From positions 310,001 through 374,000 of the forward strand of contig AP026169.1 in assembly GCA_030295235.1 (NCBI GenBank): DNA of 64,000 nucleotides. Reading direction: 5' to 3'. Of the stretch, positions 37,412 to 49,597 are shown piece after piece. Under the pieces are notes generated by a model. The model did not search any database and had not been told where the DNA came from. It saw only the letters and a program-made list of their open reading frames with translations. Position 1 is the first letter of the stretch; every line of letters starts with the position of its first letter. Source of the stretch: Fistulifera solaris. Lineage: Eukaryota. A program made the position numbers and the translations under genes.

Positions 37412-38459
37412 ATGGGCAAAAAAGACAAGAGAAAAGGTAGCACAACACGCGATGATGGCAAGGGACACAATAAAGAACTACAGCGGGGGCGAAAATTTCG
37501 GCAGCACAAGGGACGAAATTGGAAAGCGGATAAAAATGATCCCATTCGGAAAGCGGTAGAGGCGGGTACGTGCGCATCCTCTGTATTCCTTCAGCTGCGT
37601 GTATGATTCGCTTAAAACTAAAAACCTCACTTTCTTGGACGAGGTGCAGATGGAACACGAACTATCGTTGATATGTCTGCGGATGGAAATTGTTTGTTCC
37701 GTGCCCTATCGGATCAGGTATGTGCATGATTTTATTTGTGCCTTGGTAATACATTTTTACACTATTTATCTCAAGATGATGTTACACATACTCTAGATCC
37801 ATGGTGATTATGGAAACCAGCATGCGGATGTGCGTACGGAAGTATGTGACTTTATGGAACTTCATGAAGACGATTTTAAAGTTTTTCTAATACTCGACGA
37901 AGACGACGAGGATGCTGCTGATTTCGAATCTTACATATCTGCCCTGAGGGAAGATGGGGAATGGGGCGGAAATCTAGAACTAGTCGCCGCAGCGCGTCAC
38001 TATCGGTACGTTGAATTTTCCTTCGTGTCGACACAGCTCGAAATCCGTCTCAATACTCTCCTTGATTTAGGCGCAATATCGTGGTTTTCTCCGCAGAACA
38101 AGCTGTGTTTACAATACACCACGCAAATAAGGGTAGCCCATCAGGCCCTGACTTGTTGCTGAGTTACCATGACAACGACCATTACAATAGTGTGAGATCG
38201 AATGCATCGACATCCGCGCCGCACATTCCGGCGCCAGTACATCGTAACAGCGACAATTTCGTCAAAGACAAAGGGAAAAAGAAAAAACGTGAAAAGGAGT
38301 GATCCCTGCACGTGCGGAAGCGGCATCACATACAAAAAGTGCTGTTTCTCGAAGGAAACAACCCAGGCGCGGCATCAAAAGCAAACGAGAAATAAAAAGG
38401 ACACGTCGTCGGATGCTGGAGACTCATGGGAAGAGAACTTTAGGGTTATGGCGATATGA
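37412..38459 (+). CDS. OTU-family deubiquitinase (OTUD3-like) with C-terminal SEC-C motif; three introns
   Basis: Cys box DGNCLFRALSDQ (37682-37717), EWGGNLELVAAA, His box LSYHDNDHYNSV, and SEC-C DPCTCGSGITYKKCC. Confidence 0.85.
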
Positions 38460-39272
38460 ATAAAAAGCAGGTGGGGGTTGAAGTAATAGATATTAGCTAG
38501 GCAGCAATTTTGTTTAGCTTTCCTTCTGGTACTTGAGTGCCCTTAAAACTCGAAAAAGACTATTGAAAAAAGATTCATCAGTTTGTTCCTTTTCCTAGCT
38601 AGTTTATTGCGATACTCGGTACTAGAAAAGTATTAGTTTAGCAAATGGCGCAGAGGAAATAGGAAATAGGAAAGCATCCTATCTATTCGTGACTCAATTA
38701 ACTACTGGTCGTGCGTGCGCGCACGACGCGCGCGACACGTTTCCCGATCGAGAACGACGATGGACGACCCGTTCCCCCCTCCACCTCCACTGCACTCCAC
38801 GAAACACGCACAAAAAGCGCCACCCCTCTGTGGTTTCAAGAAAAAGTGCCTGACAACGCCCTCGTCGTCCGGACTCGTAAGAAGAGTTGCAATCGCAACC
38901 GTAAAAAAAGAAAAGTGAGTGAATGATGTTAAATATGTGCTGCTGCAACGTGCCCGATTCTTTTGAACGCAAAAAATTGAAAACCATCGGGAGGTTCAAA
39001 TTGGGCTCCAAAGAAACCCGGATGTGGCATTCTTTGTTCACTCGTTGCTGTGATTCCGATACTACTTTAATTTTGACAGTATGTTTGCCGGAATGTGGAA
39101 CGTTGAATACCACAAGTAAATCGTGGTGTTTCGTGAATAGATTCCAACCAAACAGGCCGATGCGTGAGCTTTGAAAACCAACATGCACCTCACACTCACA
39201 CATCTTCTCGTTGCCGCACCTCTTTCCAAATAATAGTAAACAGCTTTTCCTTTTCAACTTTTCGTTTGAATC

Positions 39273-41270
39273 ATGGCTTCTACTGCCCCTCCTTCCGTCG
39301 ATGCAAGTAACGAAACCGGTCCTGGTGATGTCGGCCTAGCTCAGTCGAACGTCGGTGATGCATTCCGCACTCCGTCACTTTACGTAGGTGATTTGGCTCC
39401 CGATGTGAACGAGAGTCTTTTGTTCGAGATCTTTAGTGCTCTCGGACCTGTCGCCTCGATTCGCGTCTGCCGTGATGCTGTCACTCGTCGCTCTCTCGGA
39501 TACGCGTACGTCAACTTTCACCAGATGGCGGACGCCGAGCGTGCTCTCGACACGATGAACTTTTCGATGATTAAGAGCAAACCTTGCCGTATCATGTGGA
39601 GTCAGCGCGATCCTTCTCTCCGACGCTCTGGCGTAGGAAACATCTTCGTCAAGAACTTGCACGAATCGATTGACAACAAGCAGCTTTACGATACGTTCTC
39701 GTTGTTTGGAAACATTCTCTCGTGCAAAGTCGTCACGGATCGTGAAACGGGAGGATCGAAAGGATACGGATACGTCCACTACGAGACTGCTGAAGCGGCG
39801 AATGCTGCCATCGAGAAGCTTCATGGTATGTTGATTGATGGTCAAGAGGTGCAGGTGGGACACTTTATGCGTCGCAATGATCGCCCCGATGTGAATGCTT
39901 GGACCAACTGCTACGTCAAAAATATTCCGTACGAGTGGGACGATAATCGTTTGGAACAGGAGTTTGCGCAGTTCGGAGAAGTCATTAGTGCAGCTGTCTC
40001 GAAAGGAGTTCGCAAGGTCAAGAAGCCGGCCTCGGAAACGAAAGAAGGTGAAGAGGAACCCGTCCCGGAGGATGAGCCCAAGGAAGGAGAGAATGCTGCA
40101 AAGAAAGAAGAGTCGCTCGGATTTGGATTCGTTAACTTTGCTGACCACCAAGATGCTCTCGCTGCCTGTGAGAACTTGAACGGCAAAGAATACACGACGG
40201 TCGTGGATGGAGAAGAGATTACCCAAGAACTCTACGTCGGACGCGCTCAGAAGAAGAGTGAGCGCGAACGTGAGCTTCGCTCCAAGTTTGAGGCTGAGAA
40301 GATGGACCGTATTGCCAAGTTCCAGGGAGTGAACTTGTACGTGAAGAATCTCGATGATTCCGTTACAGACGAGATTCTCCGCGAGGAATTTGCCACCGTC
40401 GGAACCATTACTTCGGCTCGTGTCATGCGTGATCCGAAAGACAACCGCTCTCGTGGATTCGGCTTTGTGTGCTACTCCACACCTGAAGAAGCCAACCGCG
40501 CTGTTGGTGAACTGAATGGCAAGTTGATTGCCAACAAGCCAATTTTCGTGGCCCTTGCCCAACGCCGCGAAGTTCGACGTGCTCAACTTGAAGCCCAGCA
40601 CGCTAACCGTGTTGGTGGACCCGGTCAACCTGGCATGATGCGCGGACCGATGGGAGGTCCAATGGGATATCCTGGTATGGCCCCCATGTACATGCAACGA
40701 CCTGGTCCTGGAGGTGCCATGCAGCCTGCCTACCCCATGATGCCACAGATGATTGCGGGTGGACGAGGTGCCCCTCAGCAACAACAACGTGCTGGTGTCT
40801 ACCCGATGCTTGGACAACAAGGTCGTGGTGGCTACCCTATGCCGTATGCTGGTGTCATGCAAGGACAGCCTGGACGAGGAGGACGAGGAGTCGCTCCGGT
40901 ACAAGGTCGTGGTGGCCGAGGACGGGGTCCCACTCCTGCTCCTGGGCAACAACCCATCAAGTTTAACCAACAGGCCCGAAATGCTGGCGGACCTCCCATG
41001 CATGGGCAACCCGCTGGACAGCCTCCACAATCGCTAACGGCTTCGGCTCTCGCGTCCGCCACGCCGGAGATGCAAAAGAATATGATTGGTGAACGTTTGT
41101 ATCCGTTGATCCATCAATCACAACCCGAATTGGCGGGAAAAATCACTGGTATGCTTCTCGAGATGGACAACTCCGAGTTGCTGCATCTCTTGGAGAGCCC
41201 TGATGCTTTGATTTCCAAAATTTCAGAAGCTCTTCAGGTTCTCGAGGCGCATCAACAAAACGAGTCCTAA
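39273..41270 (+). CDS. PABPC: Cytoplasmic polyadenylate-binding protein (4 RRM plus MLLE)
   Basis: SLYVGDL, RRSLGYAYVNF, four RRMs, and MLLE motif GKITGMLLEMDNSELL. Confidence 0.98.
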   Translation: MASTAPPSVDASNETGPGDVGLAQSNVGDAFRTPSLYVGDLAPDVNESLLFEIFSALGPVASIRVCRDAVTRRSLGYAYVNFHQMADAERALDTMNFSMIKSKPCRIMWSQRDPSLRRSGVGNIFVKNLHESIDNKQLYDTFSLFGNILSCKVVTDRETGGSKGYGYVHYETAEAANAAIEKLHGMLIDGQEVQVGHFMRRNDRPDVNAWTNCYVKNIPYEWDDNRLEQEFAQFGEVISAAVSKGVRKVKKPASETKEGEEEPVPEDEPKEGENAAKKEESLGFGFVNFADHQDALAACENLNGKEYTTVVDGEEITQELYVGRAQKKSERERELRSKFEAEKMDRIAKFQGVNLYVKNLDDSVTDEILREEFATVGTITSARVMRDPKDNRSRGFGFVCYSTPEEANRAVGELNGKLIANKPIFVALAQRREVRRAQLEAQHANRVGGPGQPGMMRGPMGGPMGYPGMAPMYMQRPGPGGAMQPAYPMMPQMIAGGRGAPQQQQRAGVYPMLGQQGRGGYPMPYAGVMQGQPGRGGRGVAPVQGRGGRGRGPTPAPGQQPIKFNQQARNAGGPPMHGQPAGQPPQSLTASALASATPEMQKNMIGERLYPLIHQSQPELAGKITGMLLEMDNSELLHLLESPDALISKISEALQVLEAHQQNES

Positions 41271-41699
41271 ACTGCTGCGCGCAGGTTGCTCGTTAGTAAC
41301 TGTAAAATAGAACCGATATCAATCAAGTTTACAAAGTGATTGTTCTTCCAATAGGATCGAATGTTTATGTTTACCCAACCCAATCCAGATGATGATTTGT
41401 CTTTGGGTTGTCCTAACTGGCGCCTGTACGCCATCCGGTTTGTTAAACCGCACGTACACCAATCATCCTTATTGTGCCACAAGAACGTTTAGAGTATGGT
41501 TGGAAAACGTTTAGAGTATTATTTAGAGCATTGAAACCACCCAATGGGTGTCTTACCGGCACGCCAACGTCCGCCGCGTTATTTCGTAATAACACACCTG
41601 CGCTGTTGATTGGCAAAACTAGGATCATAACCACCAACGTTGAGACATACGGTTGCTTTTTGAGAAAAAGACTGATATTTGGCGAATTAGGCTTGGAAA

Positions 41700-43634
41700 A
41701 TGAGTGAAACAAACGAATCGGGAAAACGAGGTCGGGACGAAGACGAAACAGAGGTGGAAGCACCTCCGCAAAAAAGCCACCAAAGCCGACGACAGCCACG
41801 AAACAGCTACGGAGGTCCCCGCAGCATCGGCCAAGGCTCCCGAAGAATTGAACGTACCATCAGAACAAACACCGAACGGAGCAACGGAAGAAACGGAAGG
41901 CAAGAATGAGGAAACTACTCAATTTATTGTCGATCGCAAGGGTGAGGAAGAGCGCCAGGAGGAAGCGAAAGAAGAGGCTCCGGCTACAGAAAGTACCCCC
42001 GTGGAAAGTAGCATCCCCCCTCAGATCACGTCTCCACCGACGAGTTACGGTACGCTCCCACCACCTGCCGTCAATCCGAGCATCCCAGCTACGGTGGTGA
42101 ATCCGGATCAAATAGTGGAAGAAAGGGGAGAAATCCCAGCTCTCTACGTGGGAAAAGTGATTGGCAAGGTAAGAATACGCACACTTCATTATGTCGCGTA
42201 CATGTGTAGTAGTATGCGTCTCACTGCTAGTTCAGGGCGGAGAAATGATTCGAGATTTGCAAGCACGTTCAGCCGCTCGGATTGATGTGGACCAGAATGT
42301 GCCGGCGGGCATGCCCCGAGGCATCACGTATCGCGGTACACGCGCGACCGTCGATTTTGCGAAATACTTGGTCGCCATGTTGCAACAAGAGAACGTCACG
42401 GAAAACGACTTGCCGTTGGGACAAGCGTCGCGACGATTCCTTGTCATTCCGGCGTCAGCCGTTGGCAAAATCATCGGTCGTGGAGGCGAAATGATTCGCG
42501 AACTTCAAACCAAGTCGCAAGCAAAAATTCAAATCGATCATTCGGGATCGACGGGTTTGCCCCGGATAAGAAACAAGTGTCGATTACCGGATCCGAGCAA
42601 GCTGTTGTGAAGGGCGAGGAAATGATTAATTTTCTCGTAGCCAATCCTCTAATGGAGGGCCTGCAGTCGATTGCGATGCTAGTGGAAGAGAAGGCGAGGA
42701 GTGGAACTCAATGGGGCAGCGGACCTCCTTACATGGGTCTTCCAAACCACGGAATCAACATGCAGCCGGATTCGGGAGCTGCCTATGGACATCAGGCGTT
42801 TTCGGCGGGTGGATACGGGCCCAGCACAACGCACCTCCCACCCATGCCCAGTCCTTACGGGAATCCCGTACCCCCAGTGCAACCGGCTTATGGAGGATCT
42901 ATACCAAGTTACGGTGGACCTGGTGGCGGTCAGGAAGTAACCATCATGTACGTTCAGAAGCAGTATATGGGACGCATCATCGGGAAGAAAGGCGTGACGA
43001 TCAATGATTTGCAACGACGCTCCAGTTGCGACATTCAAGTTAACCAAAATGTGCCGCACGGACAGGATTGCGAAATCACTATTCGAGGAACACCTCAGGG
43101 AATTGAGTCGGCCAGGCAGATGATTCGTGAGATCATTGAAATTGGACCACAACACCCCGTAAGTATCATGGTTTTCTCAGCCTGTAAGACGCCATAACCC
43201 AAACTCGCAACTAATTTATCATCCTTTGTTTGTCAATTTAGTACGCAGGAGGAGCTGAAAGTGGAGGCATGGCATTTCAACAGCAAGGATACGGTCAGTC
43301 TTACGGAGGCCAACAAGGTGGTTACAGGGGTGCGTACAGTGGAGGGTTCCAAGCCCAGCAGCAGTCGTTCGCGCAGCCTTCCTATCAGCAGCAACCATCA
43401 TACACCCAAAGCACCCCAAGTTATGGAGCAGCGCCGGTGGCGTATCCACCCGCGCAGGTGCAACTACCTCCTGCGTACAGTCAGCCGGTTCCTGCGCCTC
43501 AATATGGCTATGGGCAGGTACCAGCACCAGTCGTGTCCGAGTGGAAGTCGGCTACTTCACCAGATGGCCAAGTCTATTATTACAACGAACGAACCGGTGC
43601 TACGCAGTGGGACAAGCCAGCAGGTATGCTGTAA
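41700..43634 (+). CDS. KH-domain RNA-binding protein (3 KH, FUBP-like) with C-terminal WW domain; 2 introns, 2 frameshifts
   Basis: GKVIGK/GG, GKIIGRGG and GRIIGKKG KH loops. WW domain EWKSATSPDGQVYYYNERTGATQWDKP. Confidence 0.88.
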
Positions 43635-43978
43635 GGAATTTGCATGCGTTGCGCTGTCATCAGAGCATTTATTCCTGTTTGTCGATTGGGGATCTTGCAT
43701 TCTTGTATTCGTTGTGCCAGTTTGAAAGAGATTATCATTTTGCGAAGCAGGTTTGCTTGATGACTTGATGTTGATAGCAGCGTTTGCGTTATATTCGAGA
43801 TGCTCGGTGTTTATTGTCTTGAATGCGAATATCAATGTTATTTATGCTGTCTATCTCCATATAGTTCTATTTGTTGTTGGAGTTCATTATTGAAATTATG
43901 TTTTGTAGATGGCCCATAATTACTACAGAACGAAGTTTCTTTGGCGCGGCGCAAGACAAAAATTAACGACACTTGACG

Positions 43979-45392
43979 CTACCTATGATTGCGTTTATCT
44001 CTACTTCTACTGCGCCCATTGTATTGCTTCTTGGTGTTACTTTTGAAATCTTGCGGGGCGTGGTCTCTTCCTCGTGAATACCCTCCGGTATGTCTCGCGG
44101 TCGGTTCACCTTCACGCTTCGCCGAGAGCGGCCGATCCCGTTTCTTGATATACTTTCGCGATGACATTTCGTCGCTTACCGGTAAAATGGATCCCAAAAT
44201 CGAGTTCGTCGGCTCAAATGGAACAGTCACATGTGCCATCAATGTTCGGTAAGCCAGAGCGAATGCGCGCTGCACCTGCAAAAGTCAATAGCGTCAGATT
44301 GAACTGCTACAAGGCAATCAGTAAGGTACAAAGTTATTTAGCACATACGCACCATTTGGAAACGAAAGGATGGTTTCCCAACATCGGAGGATGGATCGAG
44401 TGGATTTTCGAGGGCTAACAGATTCGTGCGGCCATCGTTGCAGAATATTTCCTTGCGTTCACCTTTGGGAAAGAAAAACCCATCATTCCGCACAGAAATG
44501 ACCGTCGTAAAGTAGTTAAAATCCAGTCCGTAAAATTTGAAGAATTCGACCAGTAACAAGCCTAAATTGTAGACCGTTTGCTTCCGATAGTTGAACGCGA
44601 GACGCTCTCGATGTTGCAGGAACGCCACAATCAATAACTGCAACATGAACGAACCAACTCCACCAGAATACGGCTCGTTGAGCGCGCGTGCTGCCAAGAA
44701 GTACTTGAGCACGAACGTCAGCGGTCGGAGTACGGGCATGGCATTGAGATAGGTTTTCATAAGTACCGCAGCGGGTGGTCCCGAAGGTTGATCAAACGAT
44801 ACATCCACCGATATGTTACTCTTTTGTCGGTAAACTTAACGAGTGGTATCCGCGTGTTTTCAATGGCTTCCAAATACGATAATCGGTCGATCCAGTTGGT
44901 CTGCAGCTCATCGGCAAATCTCCGTAATGGTGTTGACACTGATGGCTCCCATGTTTGTTCCTCATCAGCTTCCACCGCTTCTGATTTCGTTTGCGTAATG
45001 ATTACAATATCAATATCCGACGTCGGTAGCAGCAGACCAGTCGCTTGTGATCCAAACACCTCTACTTCCGCAGATGTCCCAAACAGGGATTGCACGACAT
45101 CCTTGACTTCCTGAATAAGTTTTTCACGTTGCCGGAATTCCTCGGACATGGGCTCCATCAAGTGTACAAAATCCACAATTTCATTGTGTAAGCTGACTAG
45201 TGGATGTATTTGATTCATGTCAACAGAATGATCCATCCAAGGAGGTAATTGATACGGGTCCATTTTCGGGACAACATCTTCCTCCTCGTCTACTTCGCTT
45301 TCCGATAGGTCGTCGCTCGCCTTTGGTGCAACGAAAGCCAAGAAATCGTCATTTTTCCAGCCTTCCTCGTCATCAAACTTTGATTCGGTCAT
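43979..45392 (-). CDS. TRF4: Non-canonical poly(A) polymerase, Trf4/5 (PAPD5/TENT4)-like; intron 44276-44352, frameshift ~44823
   Basis: LHNEIVDF, FGSQATGLLLPTSDID nucleotidyltransferase motif, LNEPYSGGVGSF, NLGLLLVEFFKFYG and LALENP. Confidence 0.9.
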
Positions 45393-46003
45393 GTTTTACA
45401 ATCTCCTTCCTTGGCACCAACTATTCATAAAGGCCTTGTTTTATTTATCATGATGTCGTTCGCAATCTACTCCAGTTTGTCGTTTAATCATTGTCGATTT
45501 TTTTTTGTTATGCGGTCACCCAGTTGTGTGGAAAATTCATCACAATCACAAGGGTTCGAAATAGGTCTGTCATCAATAACCTTAGAAAAATTCTGCGTTG
45601 TCTCATTGGCAAAACCCATTTAAGTAACTTGTTTCAACGGAGATATGAGTATCGCCAGCTCGGATGCCTACAACGTTTTCCCTCTAATTAGAGGTCTATT
45701 TAACGATTAGTACGTCCGTTGAAAACGTTGAAAAGTTGTATAGTACTTTGTAAAGGTACTTGTAGTGTCCACGCATTGTTAGCAAAATGTCTTTTGCAAC
45801 TTTCCCACCCACAATCGACGACGAAGGGCTGAGATGCATTATACCCCGAGTTATATCATCAGCACTCATCATTCCAAATCCTCCGCAGCATCCTTTTCAT
45901 GCAATTAACGATTCGGATAAACTAGTTGAAGGAAAACGAGGCAAACGGATCCTGTTTTGGCGGCGGTGGCAAGTTTCCATTGGCTTTTGGTATCGCACGG
46001 ACG

Positions 46004-49000
46004 ATGTCTTCCCGATCATCATATTATGATGAGTTTCCTCGCGAGAAATATCACTCCAACCAAGCCGCGTGGTCGCCATCTTGGTTAACGAACGCTAGCA
46101 ATGGATCAACTTATGAAAAAGACTATAGAATTGGGGACGAGAAACGCATCGATCGAGGGGCTCCCCAAACGGAATTTCCCGTTACAACGGAAAGAACTCG
46201 TCATGTTAGTCACAATTTCCGCCACACAAACTATGATACAACAACATACGGCCCCCCTCAGGATGACTATCCCTTTCTTTTTAGTGATCCTGTCGATGGC
46301 GCAAGTGTACGGACGGGGATGAGTCAACAAGAATTGCTCCGTCAGAAAGCGAGAGAATCTAAACAACGGTACAAGAAATCCAAAACGAAAAAGCCCGTCG
46401 TACAAATCACCGGTTTTCTTTCTTCACGGAATGCGAGAAAGGTGACTGACGCGACTCGATTGGATGATCTCTCGACGGCAGAAACCACCGTGACGGATTC
46501 GTCGTTGCGACACCGTACGAAAAGCAATACTTCCTTTCCGTTGCGCGTGGTACTGGATGGCGGTGATTTAGTTCTTACGGCAAAGCAAAATCGGTTCAAA
46601 CCGGAGTTTACCAAGCGAGATGAGGATTTTCCTTTGCTCTCCCGAAGTGCCAGTGGCTCGTTTCAAATGGATTTTCTCAATCCAAGCGACTCCTCATCGG
46701 GGAGACGTTACGAACTGCCCAACCCTCACTCTATTGAGCGCGAGCGTTCTGCTGTTTATCGTGGGAATCAATTCCAGCAGGACTTTTCGAATGGCAAGAC
46801 AATACCTCGGACAAATTCTGCTGAGTTACGAAGTAATCAAAGCGACCAAAACTCGTCTTCTCGTGAGTGGCTTTTGCATTCAGCAGAAGGAAGGGCAAAG
46901 AAACAACATTCAAACCGATCCGTCCAATTTCGCGAAGAAATAGTTCGACCTGCATCATTTGATTCTAAACATAGTTCTCGGGAAATACTAAAGAATTGTG
47001 ACCAACAACCCAAGTCGATCCTACGCAAATCACGGTATCACGTTCAAAGTGGCGGAGTTCGGATGAGCTCAAGTCCATCCCGATTTATCATTCGAAAACC
47101 TGTAACACCCGAACGAAAAATTGGTCAACACTTGGCCAAGTCGGCTCCATCCTTATATTCACCGTCTGACGTTCTCGACGAAACCGGACGAATTTTCTCA
47201 CCTGTTATGCAAGACGCCGAGATCAGTGGATCTTCTGCATTCTCTGATGAGCGCTATCCGGACCCTCCTCTTGATAGCATCCCTGTAAGTACGCTGCAGC
47301 ATTCTGCAAGAATACATGATATTCTTGCTGATTCCTTTCTAACTCCACTGCAGATTGATGACGATGAAACAACGCTAGCCTCGAGGAATGACGCTTTCTT
47401 GGAAACAGTTGCTGCGATCGTTATTCAAACAAATGCTAGGCGATTTCTAGCGATGCGATACGTCGATAGGTTAACGGAGCAAATCGTAAACGAGATGCAT
47501 GCCAAGTATGTACGGCTCTACAAAAATGAGCACCGGATAAACGGGAACGTGGTGCATGAAATCACGCCCTCAACAAAGTCTGATACAAATCGCGCTCAAA
47601 CATCATTCAACGCAGTACCGGTATCTCCTCAGCGCACCGACCACAACCGAATATTAAAGGATGACATGCAACAGGAAATGGGGTATGATTTGTTCAATCT
47701 TGCTGCTATTCGGATCCAAGCGGCCTTCCGTGGATTCTGGGCGCGAGATTCGTTGGACGTTGAACATTTTTGCGCATCCCTGATCCAAAAATATGTTCGC
47801 CGGTATTTGTGCGAAACAAAGTACAAATATGGACATTATCATGTTTATCCTTATGCTGTTCGAATTCAAACCACGTGGCGTGGGGTATTGGCAAAGCAAA
47901 ACCTCCATCGATCGATAGGGGCAGCCATTCTCATTCAAGCGTACGCTCGAGGTTTCATTGAGCGCCTACCGAGCCAGAAAAGTGTGTTCAGCTATGCGAG
48001 GAGAACTGAATCGGGGCGTTATGCGAAGACTGAAAAGTTAAGGATGACTAATTCATCCGGCGACCCCTGGCAGAAAGGACTAGCCAATGACCTTTGGCAA
48101 GCACGAAAAAACAGAACCTCGGAAACCGACGACAAGAATGCCTTTCATCCACCACCGCATGTCATCAATAACGCCCCAACACATCCTACCATTCCTTCAA
48201 TGTCTTTTCGCAAGGAACAGAATCGATCAACGAGTTTCACATATCTGAGAGACCAGAGAACTGAAAGCAGTACAGCAATAGAACTGTCCCAGCCCTCTCA
48301 AGTTTCTGATGTGAAGGCACTAGCACCTCCTTATCAGCGGCCGGCCCCATCGAAGCTCGCCAATTTTGATCACGTGGCGGCCAATGAGATAATGGCAGCA
48401 ACCAAGATTCAAGCAAGGTACCGTACTCACACGTGCGAAAGAAAGCTGATTCGCTCGCTTGTCGATATCCTGATCGTACAAACTGTCGCTCGACGGTGGA
48501 TTGCGAGAAGACGTGCAGCTCGCCTCCGAACCTTGCGAGATCGTTGTCGCACTATTGTGGCGAATCGAGAGTCCGAGTCGAATAAATATAAACCCGCACC
48601 GGCTCGACTGGTCAGTCGTTCCGAATTTTTCCAGAATCGAATACTGCCCAAGGGACTCAATAGCCACCCTCAACTTGCAACCACACAGTCTGGGCCGTCC
48701 TTTGACGAGGATGAATATTATCAGTCCGAGAGGGAGCGAAGTGGTGATAGTCGTGACTCCTCTGTACATAGGGTGAAATCAATGGGTGGCAACAACCGAC
48801 AGAGTGTTAGTTACGGTGAAAGAGCAAGAGGACCAAGTATGGAGACAAGAGACCACCCAGTCTCGTCACAGCCCCCACAATGGGCCAATGTGTCACTTCG
48901 GTCAACCAAAAGCAAAGGTCCCGTCACAGTGAAGGAACGATCGGGGACAACACCCCAACTAATAGAGAGCTCAGGATCTGAATCTCGCGTTTATTCGATG

Positions 49001-49126
49001 CCATCTTACGACTCCGAAGCCACCAATGCGGCGATACAGAATGGGAGTTCAGCAAGAAGACAAGTTGTAGTAACACCGCCTGCTCTGCTCAAGAAGAATA
49101 CCGACAGAAAAGTGTTGCGACGATAG
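46004..49126 (+). CDS. IQ calmodulin-binding motif protein (probable in-frame intron 47285-47353)
   Basis: Multiple IQxxxRGxxxR motifs (IQTNARRF, IQAAFRGFWAR, IQTTWRG, IQAYARG, IQARYR) within a disordered Ser-rich protein. Confidence 0.82.
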   Translation: MSSRSSYYDEFPREKYHSNQAAWSPSWLTNASNGSTYEKDYRIGDEKRIDRGAPQTEFPVTTERTRHVSHNFRHTNYDTTTYGPPQDDYPFLFSDPVDGASVRTGMSQQELLRQKARESKQRYKKSKTKKPVVQITGFLSSRNARKVTDATRLDDLSTAETTVTDSSLRHRTKSNTSFPLRVVLDGGDLVLTAKQNRFKPEFTKRDEDFPLLSRSASGSFQMDFLNPSDSSSGRRYELPNPHSIERERSAVYRGNQFQQDFSNGKTIPRTNSAELRSNQSDQNSSSREWLLHSAEGRAKKQHSNRSVQFREEIVRPASFDSKHSSREILKNCDQQPKSILRKSRYHVQSGGVRMSSSPSRFIIRKPVTPERKIGQHLAKSAPSLYSPSDVLDETGRIFSPVMQDAEISGSSAFSDERYPDPPLDSIPVSTLQHSARIHDILADSFLTPLQIDDDETTLASRNDAFLETVAAIVIQTNARRFLAMRYVDRLTEQIVNEMHAKYVRLYKNEHRINGNVVHEITPSTKSDTNRAQTSFNAVPVSPQRTDHNRILKDDMQQEMGYDLFNLAAIRIQAAFRGFWARDSLDVEHFCASLIQKYVRRYLCETKYKYGHYHVYPYAVRIQTTWRGVLAKQNLHRSIGAAILIQAYARGFIERLPSQKSVFSYARRTESGRYAKTEKLRMTNSSGDPWQKGLANDLWQARKNRTSETDDKNAFHPPPHVINNAPTHPTIPSMSFRKEQNRSTSFTYLRDQRTESSTAIELSQPSQVSDVKALAPPYQRPAPSKLANFDHVAANEIMAATKIQARYRTHTCERKLIRSLVDILIVQTVARRWIARRRAARLRTLRDRCRTIVANRESESNKYKPAPARLVSRSEFFQNRILPKGLNSHPQLATTQSGPSFDEDEYYQSERERSGDSRDSSVHRVKSMGGNNRQSVSYGERARGPSMETRDHPVSSQPPQWANVSLRSTKSKGPVTVKERSGTTPQLIESSGSESRVYSMPSYDSEATNAAIQNGSSARRQVVVTPPALLKKNTDRKVLRR

Positions 49127-49597
49127 TGCTAGTAAAGCGAAGATGACACATTTTTTCGCAGAGACCATGAAGTTTTATGTTTCTCGTGTAGTCGCTAATG
49201 GTTGCTCGCAAAGTTACGTACAAGATTTTATTCTTTTGATGAAGACTCTTCGAAGCTATAGTTCACTCGTAGTCGTTTGATAGGATATAGGATATACGTT
49301 ATACTTCATGAGAACGAACTCATGTCGCATAGGTATATTTACTTTCATGTTAGGTATCCCGTCTTCCGTCTTGCTTGTTTCGCGAATATGAACACAATCG
49401 CCGGACCTGTCCGTTATGAGTGTTGTGATGCAGAATGAACAACTGCGGCCTGCGGCAAAGTGCGACCATGACAGACTTGCTTTGGCGGATCATTGAAAGT
49501 GACTTGCAAAAACTCGATCCGATCTTTTCATCTGTTGCTATTTTACTCTAGCGAAAAATAACCGAACAAAGGCTCAATAAATTGTAATAACTGGGAA

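Noticed and set aside
39375..41030. 551-aa antisense ORF opposite PABP
   Set aside because: This is a shadow ORF caused by the codon bias of a highly expressed gene, and it has no recognisable motifs.
9620..44830. Programmed ribosomal frameshifting or mass pseudogenisation
   Set aside because: Shifts occur in runs of all four bases with no common slippery-site or stop context, and the genes lack in-frame nonsense decay. Sequencing error is far more parsimonious.
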